This document shows positions 11,785 through 20,803 of a stretch of DNA of 64,000 nucleotides, in pieces. The DNA comes from an uncultured Chloroflexia bacterium. Lineage in GTDB: Bacteria; Chloroflexota; Limnocylindria; QHBO01. The translations under genes and the position numbers were made by a program. Location of the stretch: assembly GCA_963825525.1 (NCBI GenBank), contig CAWGTN010000002.1, positions 1,376,001-1,440,000 on the forward strand. The letters run 5' to 3'. Position 1 is the first letter of the stretch. Each line of letters begins with the position of its first letter. The notes beneath the pieces are model-generated. The model was given only the letters and a program-made list of their open reading frames with translations. It made no database searches and was not told the DNA's origin.

Positions 11785-14700
11785 TTGTCGGATATCAAAT
11801 ACGCCTACCCGCTGATTCTCAACAAGGTCGCCTCGCCCCAGTACGCGACGCCGACGCTTCGCCGCGCGCGCCTTCTGGAGTGGCTGGACAAGGCGTCCGA
11901 CTGCCGCGCCGCCGTCATCGCGGCCGATGCGGGCTACGGCAAGACCACGCTGCTGTGGCAATGGGAGCGCGAAGCGCAGGTACCGGTGTACTGGTACAAG
12001 CTCGACCGCAACGATCGGGACTGGACGTTCCACATCAGCTACCTGATCGAGGCGATCAGCAAGCGCCATCGCGGATTCGGTCGGCGGGCGCACTCGATGC
12101 TGCAGCAGCTTGGCGGACCGGGATCGGCACGGCCGGGCGTCGCTGCGTACCTGCTGGCCGAAATGCACGAGCAACTGACGGAGCCGTGCACCTTCATCAT
12201 CGATGACTGGCAGTACGTGAACTCGGCCACGGAAGTTCGCGGGCTGTGGAACCAGATCCTCCGTGACGCTCCACCGACCTGCCGCTTCATCTTTGCCTCG
12301 CGGGCCAAGCCGGGACTTCAATTCGCACGGTTCAAGACGCACTCCGGCTACGCCGAGCTTCGAACCGATGCCCTGCGCTTCACCGAAGCCGAGATCGACG
12401 AGCTGTTCCGCGACATCTACAACGACCCGCTGGACCCGACCGAGCTCGTCGAGCTGGAGCGGCGAACGGAAGGCTGGGCCGCGTCGCTGCAGCTGGTCGA
12501 GGTCTCGCTCCGCGAGCGCACGACACCCGAGGGCCGGCGCGACTTCATCCAGTCCATCACCGCGACCACGGACAGCGACCTCTTCGACTTCCTGGCCGAG
12601 GAGGTGCTCGACCAGCAGCCCGAAGAGACGCGGAACTTCCTGCTCACCACGTCCATCCTCCAACAGATCACACCGGAGGTGGCCGAGCGGCTGGCAGGGG
12701 TGCACGACGGCCGTCGCGAGCTGACCGAGCTCGAGCACCGCGGCCTGTTCACGAGTCGCCTGGACGAGGAGCGGTTCCGATACCACAACCTGTTCCGCGA
12801 GTTCCTCGAGCGGCGGCTCATCAGCGAGCGCTCGGAGGCGGAGGTCATCGGCCTGCATATTCACGCGGCCTCCTACTTCGAGACGACGGAGCAGTGGCCC
12901 GAGGCCATCCATCACTACCTGCGAGCCGGCCTCCACCGTCAGGCCGCGCGACTCATCGCCAAGCACGGTGAGGCAGTCGCAGAAGAAGGTCGGCTTGGGC
13001 TCGTGGACGTCTGGATCCGTCAGCTCCCCGCGGAGGCAATCCGACAGAACGCGCGATTGAGCCTCCTATTTGGAGAGACGTCGGGCATGCGGGGCGACTG
13101 GGATCTCGCCCTTCAGGCGCTCACCCGAGCTCGAGCCTATTTTCAGAAGAAGGGTGACAAGCGGCTTGAGTCGCTAGCGTGCTTGAAGCTCAGTTCCGTC
13201 TATTCGAACTACGGCGACAGCGAATTGTCAGCCGGTATCGCGGAGTCGGGCGCTGCCCTCGTTCCTGCTGATGCAGTCGGAACCCGGCTACGACTCGAGG
13301 GCAACCTCGCCATCACCAAGCTGTGGTCGGCGCAACCATACGATCTCGTTGTAAGGGAGTGTCAACGCATCGCAGTGGAGGCCGCGGCTAGAGGTTTCGA
13401 TCACTTTGCTGCGATCGCCCTTCACAATGCGGGCGGCATTCAACTCAGGATGGGACGTGCCCAGGAGGCCGTGACCAACCTTGAAAAGGCTGCAAAATTT
13501 TGGTCGGGCACACCCACGAATCCATTTGCCGACAACTCCGAACTAGTCGGCGCACTGCTCGTAGCCGGACGTGCCGACCAGGCGCGGAAGATCGCAGTGG
13601 AAGCTGTAGAGAGAACACGGCCATGGCCACGACCTCACAGTGATGCGCTCTACGGGCATGCCGCTGTGTTGCTGCACGAGGGCCTGTTCGACTCCGCGGT
13701 CGCGGCGCTTAACGAGGCCGCAGCAACGCCCGCAGTCCTCGGAGCCGCTCACGGCCCAACTCATGCTCGTCTAGTTGAGGCGCTCTACCTCGCTGAGGCT
13801 GAGCCGTCAGTGATCCTCGATTGTTGTCAGTCGCTCAATGCGGGACCCGTCGATTCGCGTTACTCATCCGAGATTGCCCCCGCTGTAGGTATCGGAGTGC
13901 ACTTAGCCGGAGGCTGCGGAAAACGCTGCCAAGACGGCTTGGCCGGTCTGCACCAGTCGGCGGCTCAGGGCGGCCAGTTTCTCGCTATCACTGGAGCCGT
14001 CAAGCTGGGCGTGCTTGGCCTCGATCACGGTGGAAAACGGGATGTCATTGCAGCGTGGCAAGCGGTCGCGCTTGCCGACCAGCACGGCTACTTGCCAATC
14101 CTGAAGTGGTGGGTCAGACGCTACGTGTCGACATCGAGGGCCGCCGTTAGTCTGCCGAACGGAGCGGACCTGATTGCTCGCCTTGTCGAGGCTGACCCGG
14201 AAGGGTGGCGGATCCCGGCCGCTCAACTCCTCCCGCTCCTGTCAGGAGCCGCGCGGTCCACCGTCCTGTCCTGCGTAGCTCGGTATGCCAATCGGGAAAC
14301 GGTGGATGCCCTGAGCGATGTGCCCGGCCAGGACGTGCTCGAAATACGCCAAGCGCTTCGCACATCCCAGGCAGCTCGTCTCTTCCTGCGAACGATGGGG
14401 GGCATCAGTCTCAGGCGTGGGTCATGGGACGGTCCGGCAGTGCACATCGCGAAGCGGCGTGTTCGCGCTCTACTCGCTGTCTTGGCCGCGCATTCGCACA
14501 CCATCCTGACGCGCGACCAAGCGCTGGATCTCTTGTGGCCAGACGCGGATGCGGACTCTGCGATCAACAGTTTGAACCAGACGGTCTTCCAGCTTCGCCG
14601 ACACCTCGACCCCGGGTACAGGGGAGGGGAGAGTCCGGAATACATCATGAGTTCAGCGGAGTCGGTGGGACTGTCCTCTGACTTGATTCGAACTGACGTC

Positions 14701-15138
14701 GATGAGATCAAGCGACTTGCGCTGCGGCTCACCACAGCAAGTTGGGTTGAACGGCAGGGTGTTGCGCGCCGCCTCACTCACCTCGTTAGGGGGGAGTTTC
14801 TCGCGGACCTGCGCTACGAGTCTTGGGCATCCCGCCTCCAGGGACAGGTGCACCAGTACGTTCGATCGTGCCTGCTGCCGATCGCCAACGGAGCAGGCTC
14901 GTCATATGACAACGATGTTGCTCTTGAGGCCGCCTCGGCCCTGGTGAGCATCGATCCATTCGATGAGGCCGCGACATTAGCCTTGGCCGAATGCCTCTCT
15001 GCGGGGGGACGTCGTGTGGCGGCGCGCGACCTCCTATTGGACTTTGCAAGGCTCATACGGGACGAGCTGGACGAACCGCCGTCAGAAGCCGTCGAGCGAG
15101 CAGCCGAGCGAAACGGGACCGCTGCTATCAAGTCCTAG
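11785..15138 (+). CDS. MalT-like STAND ATPase / TPR / wHTH-BTAD transcriptional regulator
   Basis: AGYGKTT P-loop, IIDDWQ, LRFT..E, TEGWAASL, FRYHNLF; helical repeat middle; C-terminal LWPD/TDVD/IDPFDE BTAD-like region. Confidence 0.88.
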   Translation: MSDIKYAYPLILNKVASPQYATPTLRRARLLEWLDKASDCRAAVIAADAGYGKTTLLWQWEREAQVPVYWYKLDRNDRDWTFHISYLIEAISKRHRGFGRRAHSMLQQLGGPGSARPGVAAYLLAEMHEQLTEPCTFIIDDWQYVNSATEVRGLWNQILRDAPPTCRFIFASRAKPGLQFARFKTHSGYAELRTDALRFTEAEIDELFRDIYNDPLDPTELVELERRTEGWAASLQLVEVSLRERTTPEGRRDFIQSITATTDSDLFDFLAEEVLDQQPEETRNFLLTTSILQQITPEVAERLAGVHDGRRELTELEHRGLFTSRLDEERFRYHNLFREFLERRLISERSEAEVIGLHIHAASYFETTEQWPEAIHHYLRAGLHRQAARLIAKHGEAVAEEGRLGLVDVWIRQLPAEAIRQNARLSLLFGETSGMRGDWDLALQALTRARAYFQKKGDKRLESLACLKLSSVYSNYGDSELSAGIAESGAALVPADAVGTRLRLEGNLAITKLWSAQPYDLVVRECQRIAVEAAARGFDHFAAIALHNAGGIQLRMGRAQEAVTNLEKAAKFWSGTPTNPFADNSELVGALLVAGRADQARKIAVEAVERTRPWPRPHSDALYGHAAVLLHEGLFDSAVAALNEAAATPAVLGAAHGPTHARLVEALYLAEAEPSVILDCCQSLNAGPVDSRYSSEIAPAVGIGVHLAGGCGKRCQDGLAGLHQSAAQGGQFLAITGAVKLGVLGLDHGGKRDVIAAWQAVALADQHGYLPILKWWVRRYVSTSRAAVSLPNGADLIARLVEADPEGWRIPAAQLLPLLSGAARSTVLSCVARYANRETVDALSDVPGQDVLEIRQALRTSQAARLFLRTMGGISLRRGSWDGPAVHIAKRRVRALLAVLAAHSHTILTRDQALDLLWPDADADSAINSLNQTVFQLRRHLDPGYRGGESPEYIMSSAESVGLSSDLIRTDVDEIKRLALRLTTASWVERQGVARRLTHLVRGEFLADLRYESWASRLQGQVHQYVRSCLLPIANGAGSSYDNDVALEAASALVSIDPFDEAATLALAECLSAGGRRVAARDLLLDFARLIRDELDEPPSEAVERAAERNGTAAIKS

Positions 15139-15171
15139 TGGACTACGGCTCAGGCACGACGCGGAAAGGGG

Positions 15172-15200
15172 TTGACTCGGATCCTAAGGCAGGATATCGT
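15172..15200 (+). promoter_or_regulatory. Sigma70-type promoter upstream of the peptide genes
   Basis: TTGACT-N17-TATCGT, followed by GTACT repeats at 15199-15228. Confidence 0.55.
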
Positions 15201-15368
15201 ACTGCCCATCGATAGTACTTTGGTACTTCGACAAATACCGTGGGACGCCGTGATCCGCCAGCCGAATTTGGGCACTTGGGCTGTCGGGGAGCAGGTAGTG
15301 CAACCGACCGTTCCGTCACGGAGTGTGTCGGTTGTTAACCAATTCCGCGCAGAAGAGGGCACCTTCTG

Positions 15369-15395
15369 ATGACCAATCTCACCAAGGGCTGGTAA
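15369..15395 (+). CDS. 8-aa micropeptide MTNLTKGW
   Basis: GAGGG RBS 9 nt upstream; in-frame TAA at 15336 makes this the only ATG; shares [K/R]GW end with the next peptide. Confidence 0.5.
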   Translation: MTNLTKGW

Positions 15396-15418
15396 TCCAG
15401 CCGGACTAGGAGATCAGC

Positions 15419-15517
15419 ATGCGCATGTTCGCTAGACGGCTCGCGACGCTGATTCCAGCCCTACTTTCGCTCGTGGCTTTAGCTCTAGCTGGAGGCGCAG
15501 GCTTCAGGGGTTGGTAG
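15419..15517 (+). CDS. 32-aa signal-peptide-like precursor MRMFARRLATLIPALLSLVALALAGGAGFRGW
   Basis: AGGAG RBS 6 nt upstream; basic N-region, hydrophobic H-region, short GAGFRGW tail. Confidence 0.78.
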   Translation: MRMFARRLATLIPALLSLVALALAGGAGFRGW

Positions 15518-15559
15518 GCGGGAATGCTAGACTGCCAAACCGCATGAAGCGGTATCGAA

Positions 15560-16999
15560 TTGGTGGATAGCGGAGTCCGTCGCCTAGTCATCGCGACCGC
15601 AACCGCCGCAATTATCACAATTGCGGCGGTTGTGTACCTATTCCCGCTGAACGACGCAATCGGCGGCCCTCCAGGACTAGTGTTCTGGGTCATCGCGACA
15701 CTTGTCGCGAGTGCGCTACCGGTCCAGTTGCCACGAGGAACCGTCGTTTCCGTTTCTGCTTCGCCGGTGGTGGCGGCTTTCATACTTGGCGGTCCCCTGG
15801 CAGGCGTCATCGTCGCAGCCATCGGTTCGACTGACACTCGTGAGCTTCGCGGCGAAGTGCCGTGGTACGGAACGCTCTATAACCACGCGTCGATCGTCCT
15901 CGCCGTGGCCACCGCAGCGATCGTGCACCAGGCTCTGCTGGAGGTCAGTCCACCGGACGCAGGCGCGGAAATCGCCTACTCACTGCTAGCGGCCCTGGTA
16001 GCAGGAGTTGTCCTCTGGCTCGTGAACTGGACCCTAAGTGTCGGTGCGGTAAGCGTCCGGACGGGGGTTCCAATCCGAACGGTGTGGGCTCAGGACGTCT
16101 CCGGCATCGCTCTCACCATGATTGGGCTCGTCCCGCTGGCGTGGCTGATGGCTCAAGTCTTCGAACTCCCTCACGGCGCGGGTTGGTGGGCAACCGCACT
16201 ATTTGCGATTCCCCTCTTCACCACTCGCTTGGCGTATGCGAGGTATGTCGAGACGCGGCTGCTGTTCGAGCAGACCATCCAGGCACTGTCGAAGGCCGTC
16301 GACGCACGCGACCGGTATACCCGTAACCATTCGAGTCGCGTGAGCCGGATCTCGGAGGCGATGGCGCGGGTGATGCGGCTGCCCGAGTCCGAGATCGAGA
16401 AGATCACGTGGGCCGGGCTGCTCCACGACATCGGGAAGATCGGCATCCGCGACAACATCCTGCTGAAGGAAGGGCCGCTCGACAAGGAGGAGCGGACGAC
16501 CATGAATCGGCACCCGCGGATCGGCGCCGAGATCGTGGCACCCGCCACCCAGCTGCGGGGCGAGGCCCCGCTCATCCTGGCCCACCACGAGTGGTTCAAC
16601 GGATCGGGCTATCCGGAAGGCACCGAGGCGCTGGACATTCCATTGGGCGCCCGAATCATGACGATCGCCGATGCCTACGAGGCGATGACGAGCTCGCGCC
16701 CCTACCGCAAGACGCCGCTCACCCACGAGCAGGCCGTGGATCAGCTGGAGAAGTTCGCCGGCATCCAGTTCGACCCGGACATCGTTCCCATCCTGATCAA
16801 CCTGGACCGCAGCATCCTCGATCGGCCGCCCGACAGCCCCGACGAGCTCCCGACCATGCTGCATGATCCCGATCCCCGCGACACCGGCACCGACGCCGAT
16901 GCGCCCGGCGACCAGGTGATCGCTGCCGCCAAGCCGCCGGCCGAGTCCCCTCCCGATCCCCGAGCGAGGCCCACGTTGGCCTCGGACGATGTTTCTTAG
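15560..16999 (+). CDS. Membrane-sensor HD-GYP phosphodiesterase
   Basis: About 7 N-terminal TM helices; HSSRV, LHDIGKIG, HHE.FNGSGYP, IADAYEAMTS.RPYR, QFDP. Confidence 0.93.
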   Translation: MVDSGVRRLVIATATAAIITIAAVVYLFPLNDAIGGPPGLVFWVIATLVASALPVQLPRGTVVSVSASPVVAAFILGGPLAGVIVAAIGSTDTRELRGEVPWYGTLYNHASIVLAVATAAIVHQALLEVSPPDAGAEIAYSLLAALVAGVVLWLVNWTLSVGAVSVRTGVPIRTVWAQDVSGIALTMIGLVPLAWLMAQVFELPHGAGWWATALFAIPLFTTRLAYARYVETRLLFEQTIQALSKAVDARDRYTRNHSSRVSRISEAMARVMRLPESEIEKITWAGLLHDIGKIGIRDNILLKEGPLDKEERTTMNRHPRIGAEIVAPATQLRGEAPLILAHHEWFNGSGYPEGTEALDIPLGARIMTIADAYEAMTSSRPYRKTPLTHEQAVDQLEKFAGIQFDPDIVPILINLDRSILDRPPDSPDELPTMLHDPDPRDTGTDADAPGDQVIAAAKPPAESPPDPRARPTLASDDVS

Positions 17000-18911
17000 C
17001 GCAATCGTCCTCGCGCTGATCGTCGGCGCACTTGCCGGGGGGTCATTTCCCAGGATCGCCGATCTTCGCCTCCGCTGGAGTCTCCTCCTCGCCGTCGCTC
17101 TGGGGCTGCGTCTGCTGGTCGGCGTGAGTCGCGAGATCGCGATCCTTCCCGAGATCCCCGCCGGTGCGGCGGTGCTTGCCGCCTACGGCCTCATCCTCGC
17201 CTGGCTGTGGTTCAACTGGCGCGTACCCGGGCTCCAGATCGCAGCCGTCGGCATCGGCGCCAACCTTCTCGCCGTCCTCGTCAACCAGGGACAGATGCCG
17301 ATCTGGTCGGCCGCCTACTTCTCCGCGGGGTTCACCGAGGCCGATCTCGCCAACGACGCCTTCCATTTCCTGCTGCGAACCGATTCCATCGCCGGCTTCG
17401 TCGCCGCGGGCGGCCTGTTCGGCGACGTGATTCCGCTGCCGATCCCGTACATCCGCGACGTGATCAGCATCGGCGACGTGCTCCTGGCTCTCGGGATCTT
17501 CTGGGCCATCGTGTATTCGATGACGCGAGTCGATGCACCCACCCGACGCGCGGTTGCGATCGGCTCGGTTGGACAGCGTCAGCCTGCGGCCGGCGCGTTC
17601 CAGAGCGGGCTCGTCTACGCGCAGGCATCCGCCATCCCGGCCGATGCGGGCATCCCGACGGCCGACGGTGAGGCGGCGCCGCGGTCACAGTCGCCGTACC
17701 TGAGACTGGTGCGCAACCGGAACTTCTCACTGCTGTGGGTCGGTCAGCTTGTGTCGCTGCTGGGCGATCGCATCCACGTCATTGCGCTCGGGGCACTGGT
17801 CGCGGGCCGTGGCTCGGCACTCGAGGTCGGCCTGACATTCGCCGCAACCGCGGTGCCCAGCGTGATCCTGGGTCCGCTGGCCGGCGTCCTGGTCGACCGA
17901 TGGGACCGGCGCGTGACGATGGTCGCCTGCGACGTGGTCCGCGCGGTTCTCGTGCTGGCCGTGCCGTTCGCGTTCGAGATCCACATCGGCCTGGTCTACG
18001 CCTCAGCCTTCCTCATCGCGACGGTGACACTCCTGTTCCGGCCGGCGAAGACGGCGGTCGTGCCCGCCATCGTGGACGAGAAGGACCTGGTGACCGCCAA
18101 CTCGGCGATGTCGGTGCCGGAGACGGCGGCCGACCTCATCGGCTTCCCGGTGGCCGGGCTCATCGTGACCGCGTTGAGCGGCGTGATCGGCGCCGCATTC
18201 ATCCTGGATGCCGGGACGTACGTGGTATCCGCCGTCCTCATCTGGGCGATGCTCATCCCGCGCCAGGTTGCCGAGCCGGCCGAACGGCTGTCCATCGGCG
18301 GTGTGTGGCGCGAGATGCGCGAGGGGTTTGCCTTCCTATGGGCCGAATCGGCGCTGCTCTCGAACACGTTGCTCTCCACGCTGGCCCAGGTCGCGGTCGG
18401 CGCGGAGATCGTCGTCAGCCTCCTCTACGCACGGGACGTCGTGGCTCGCGGCGCGATGAGCTTCGAGCAGATGTACGCGCTCCTGCTCACCGCCATCGCG
18501 GTCGGGAGCGTGGTGGCCGGCGTGGCGGTCGGCGCCATCGGCGATCGAATCCCCAAGGGACCGATGGTGATCGCGGGCTTCCTGGGAATGGGGCTGTCCC
18601 TTGTCGCGGCGGGGCTCGTCACCGATCCGATCCTCGCCATGATCGCGTTCTTCTTCACCGGCGCGACGAACATGCTCTTCATCATCCCCACCGTGACGCT
18701 GTTCCAGCAGCGGACGCCGCAGCGCCTGATGGGCAGGGTGGTATCGAGCCGCCAGGCGCTGGTCTTCGGGTCGATCGCAACCTCGATGGGCCTGTCCGGC
18801 TGGTTGGCCGGCATCCTCGGACCGGCCGCAGTGCTGATGATCAGTGGCGGCATGTGCGCCGCGGCCGGGGTCATCGGCATCGTGGTGCCGCCCATGCGGA
18901 ACGCCCGCTGA
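16989..18911 (+). CDS. DUF5317-like membrane domain fused to an MFS (DHA3/macrolide-efflux-like) transporter
   Basis: N-terminal GANLLAVLVNQGQMP...GDVI...SIGD; C-terminal NFSLLWVGQLVSLLGD, GVLVDRWDRR, MGRV; a single uninterrupted ORF. Confidence 0.82.
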   Translation: MFLSAIVLALIVGALAGGSFPRIADLRLRWSLLLAVALGLRLLVGVSREIAILPEIPAGAAVLAAYGLILAWLWFNWRVPGLQIAAVGIGANLLAVLVNQGQMPIWSAAYFSAGFTEADLANDAFHFLLRTDSIAGFVAAGGLFGDVIPLPIPYIRDVISIGDVLLALGIFWAIVYSMTRVDAPTRRAVAIGSVGQRQPAAGAFQSGLVYAQASAIPADAGIPTADGEAAPRSQSPYLRLVRNRNFSLLWVGQLVSLLGDRIHVIALGALVAGRGSALEVGLTFAATAVPSVILGPLAGVLVDRWDRRVTMVACDVVRAVLVLAVPFAFEIHIGLVYASAFLIATVTLLFRPAKTAVVPAIVDEKDLVTANSAMSVPETAADLIGFPVAGLIVTALSGVIGAAFILDAGTYVVSAVLIWAMLIPRQVAEPAERLSIGGVWREMREGFAFLWAESALLSNTLLSTLAQVAVGAEIVVSLLYARDVVARGAMSFEQMYALLLTAIAVGSVVAGVAVGAIGDRIPKGPMVIAGFLGMGLSLVAAGLVTDPILAMIAFFFTGATNMLFIIPTVTLFQQRTPQRLMGRVVSSRQALVFGSIATSMGLSGWLAGILGPAAVLMISGGMCAAAGVIGIVVPPMRNAR

Positions 18912-18939
18912 ACGAGCGATCTGCTACTCTGCGCGCGCC

Positions 18940-19194
18940 GTGGGACTGATTCTCGACCTGGCGGTCGCGGCCCTCGCGCTGCTCGTCATCGCTTCGCTGG
19001 CCATGCTGGCCTGGACGCTCGGCATCAGTGCCACGAGGGCGACCCGCGAACGGCGGCGGCAGGTCGAGGAGGATCGCCGATCCATCGCGCGGACGGAAGA
19101 ACGCGTTCGGTCCGCCGCCCGACGAACGTCGGCCAAGCTGGCTGAGCTCGCGGCGCGAACAACACCGACACCTGGAGAGCGACCCGACGCATGA
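18940..19194 (+). CDS. Small single-TM protein
   Basis: Hydrophobic N-terminus then coiled region; TACTCT box before GTG; overlaps next gene ATGA. Confidence 0.55.
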   Translation: MGLILDLAVAALALLVIASLAMLAWTLGISATRATRERRRQVEEDRRSIARTEERVRSAARRTSAKLAELAARTTPTPGERPDA

Positions 19195-19499
19195 CGAAGA
19201 GCAGCCAGACGCCGAAACCTGAGGATCGCGCCGAGCGCGGATACCGAGGGGCACTCCCCGCGCAGGATGACCACCTCGCCAAGCCGTGGATTCTGACCGT
19301 GGCCGCCATCTTCCTGCTGGTGCTTCTCCTGTCCCTCGTGGGAATTCCGTCCTCCCTGATCCCCGATCCGACACCGGTGCCTCTGCCCTCGACCCCCGCT
19401 TCCAGCTCGGTCGAGCCCTCGGCTTCGGCTTCGGGGTCGGTGTCTGCTTCGCCTTCCGCTTCGGCTTCGGCTTCGGCTTCGGCCAGTCCTTCGCCGTAG
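19191..19499 (+). CDS. Small membrane protein with Ser/Ala/Pro-rich tail
   Basis: GGAGAG RBS, one TM helix, GGCTTC tandem repeats encoding SASASA. Confidence 0.65.
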   Translation: MTKSSQTPKPEDRAERGYRGALPAQDDHLAKPWILTVAAIFLLVLLLSLVGIPSSLIPDPTPVPLPSTPASSSVEPSASASGSVSASPSASASASASASPSP

Positions 19500-19512
19500 G
19501 GTCGGCGCGAGC

Positions 19513-19687
19513 CGATGTTTCGGCTGCCGCGTGGCCCTGAAGCCGTCGCCGGCGCCCCTGCGCCGATATTTCAGGCGCCCGTCCTCGTGAGACGCGCCCC
19601 GGGGCGCCCTCCACGCTCACCACCGACCGAAATATCGGCGGCACGGCGCCTGAGGAACCCGGAGGCCACCGCCCGGCCGAAATATCG
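19513..19687. repeat. Four-core array (family 2, GCCGAWATWTCGGC)
   Basis: Cores at 19513, 19564, 19628, 19678 (51/64/50); about 140 bp is a near-identical direct repeat of the 20509 array. Confidence 0.9.
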
Positions 19688-19728
19688 GCGTCGGGCGTCT
19701 TGGCACTCCGGGGACCGACCCGGCCTGC

Positions 19729-20427
19729 TCAGCCCACGGTCTGCGGCATTCTCCGCGGACGGATCCACAGCAATCCGTCGGCTCCCAGTGGCCGACCGCC
19801 TCTGATGGCGCCCAGCACCTCTCGTGATGTCCCGGGGAGTGCGGTCCCCACGAGCCGAGCGTGGGGCTCAAGGGCTGCGCGATTCCGCCTCGTGTCCTCG
19901 ACGGCCATGACCAGACGCACCGGCCGTTCGTGGCGCGCGGCGAGGTAGTCTCGCTTCTGCACGTTGCGCCGATACTGCGCCTGGAAGTCGACCAGCCTTC
20001 GGTCGATCTCGATGTCGATGATCTCGAGCGGGCCGTAGAGCACGACATCGCATGCCTCCCCGTGCTCGCCGGCGGGCAACTCGAGCGCCACGGTCCAATG
20101 CTGGGTGGCCAAGCGTCGGATGTGTTCCGCAACGGTGAGCTGACCGCTGTCGCGGAGGCCGATCGGGCGGGCGCGGTAGGCGCGCAGAACGATGTCGATC
20201 CCCACGGCTTGCCCCACCGCGCAGATCGTGGAGATGCTGACGCCGGGCTCGCCAAACTCCACGCGGCGCTCGGTGTCGGGCGAGACACCGGCTCTCCGGC
20301 TCGCGGTCACGCGAGTCATTGCCTGCTCCACCCGAGCGAGACGAATCTCCTGGCCGATCGACCCCGCCTGCGCGCGAGCCCGGCGTGCCCCGGCCCTCCG
20401 CTGGCTGGGGCGTGTGACGTGAGCCAT
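19729..20427 (-). CDS. XRE-HTH protein with putative PD-(D/E)XK-like C-terminal domain (paralog 1)
   Basis: IRLAR..AM....ASRRAGVS....RVEFG HTH; LRD.GQL, E-x10-D-x12-E-x-D, DFQAQYRR, VEDTRRN, DGLLW. Confidence 0.8.
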   Translation of the reverse strand: MAHVTRPSQRRAGARRARAQAGSIGQEIRLARVEQAMTRVTASRRAGVSPDTERRVEFGEPGVSISTICAVGQAVGIDIVLRAYRARPIGLRDSGQLTVAEHIRRLATQHWTVALELPAGEHGEACDVVLYGPLEIIDIEIDRRLVDFQAQYRRNVQKRDYLAARHERPVRLVMAVEDTRRNRAALEPHARLVGTALPGTSREVLGAIRGGRPLGADGLLWIRPRRMPQTVG

Positions 20428-20508
20428 TCGGTGATCTTGCCGATGGGGACGTATCCGCGGCTTACCGGCGGGTTGTTCGGAATGGGCTTTCGGCCGTTTC
20501 CGGCGCGC

Positions 20509-20682
20509 CGATATCTCGGCCGCTTCGTGGCCTGGGCTTGATTCCGGCGCCCCTGCGCCGATATTTCATGCGCCGGTCCTCGTGAGAGGAGCCCCGGGGC
20601 GCCCTCCACGCTCACCACCGACCGAAATATCGGCGGCACGGCGCCTGAGGAACGCTCGGGCCACCCCCCGGCCGATATATCG
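20509..20682. repeat. Four-core array (family 2)
   Basis: Cores at 20509, 20559, 20623, 20673 (50/64/50). Confidence 0.9.
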
Positions 20683-20803
20683 GCCCGCGGCGAAGCGCCT
20701 AACCGTCACAGTGTTGTACGGAATCCGGACAGGTGCCATACTCACGCGGCTGCTCATCCCTGCGGGTTGACGAGCGCACCCACCACTGGAGGGCGGAATT
20801 CAG

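Noticed and set aside
15172-15369. 65-aa ORF upstream of the peptides
   Set aside because: Its TTG is the -35 box of the predicted promoter and the product has no recognisable features.
19513-20682. Classical IS element
   Set aside because: No DDE, HUH or serine/tyrosine recombinase motifs, and no terminal inverted repeats with target duplication recognised.
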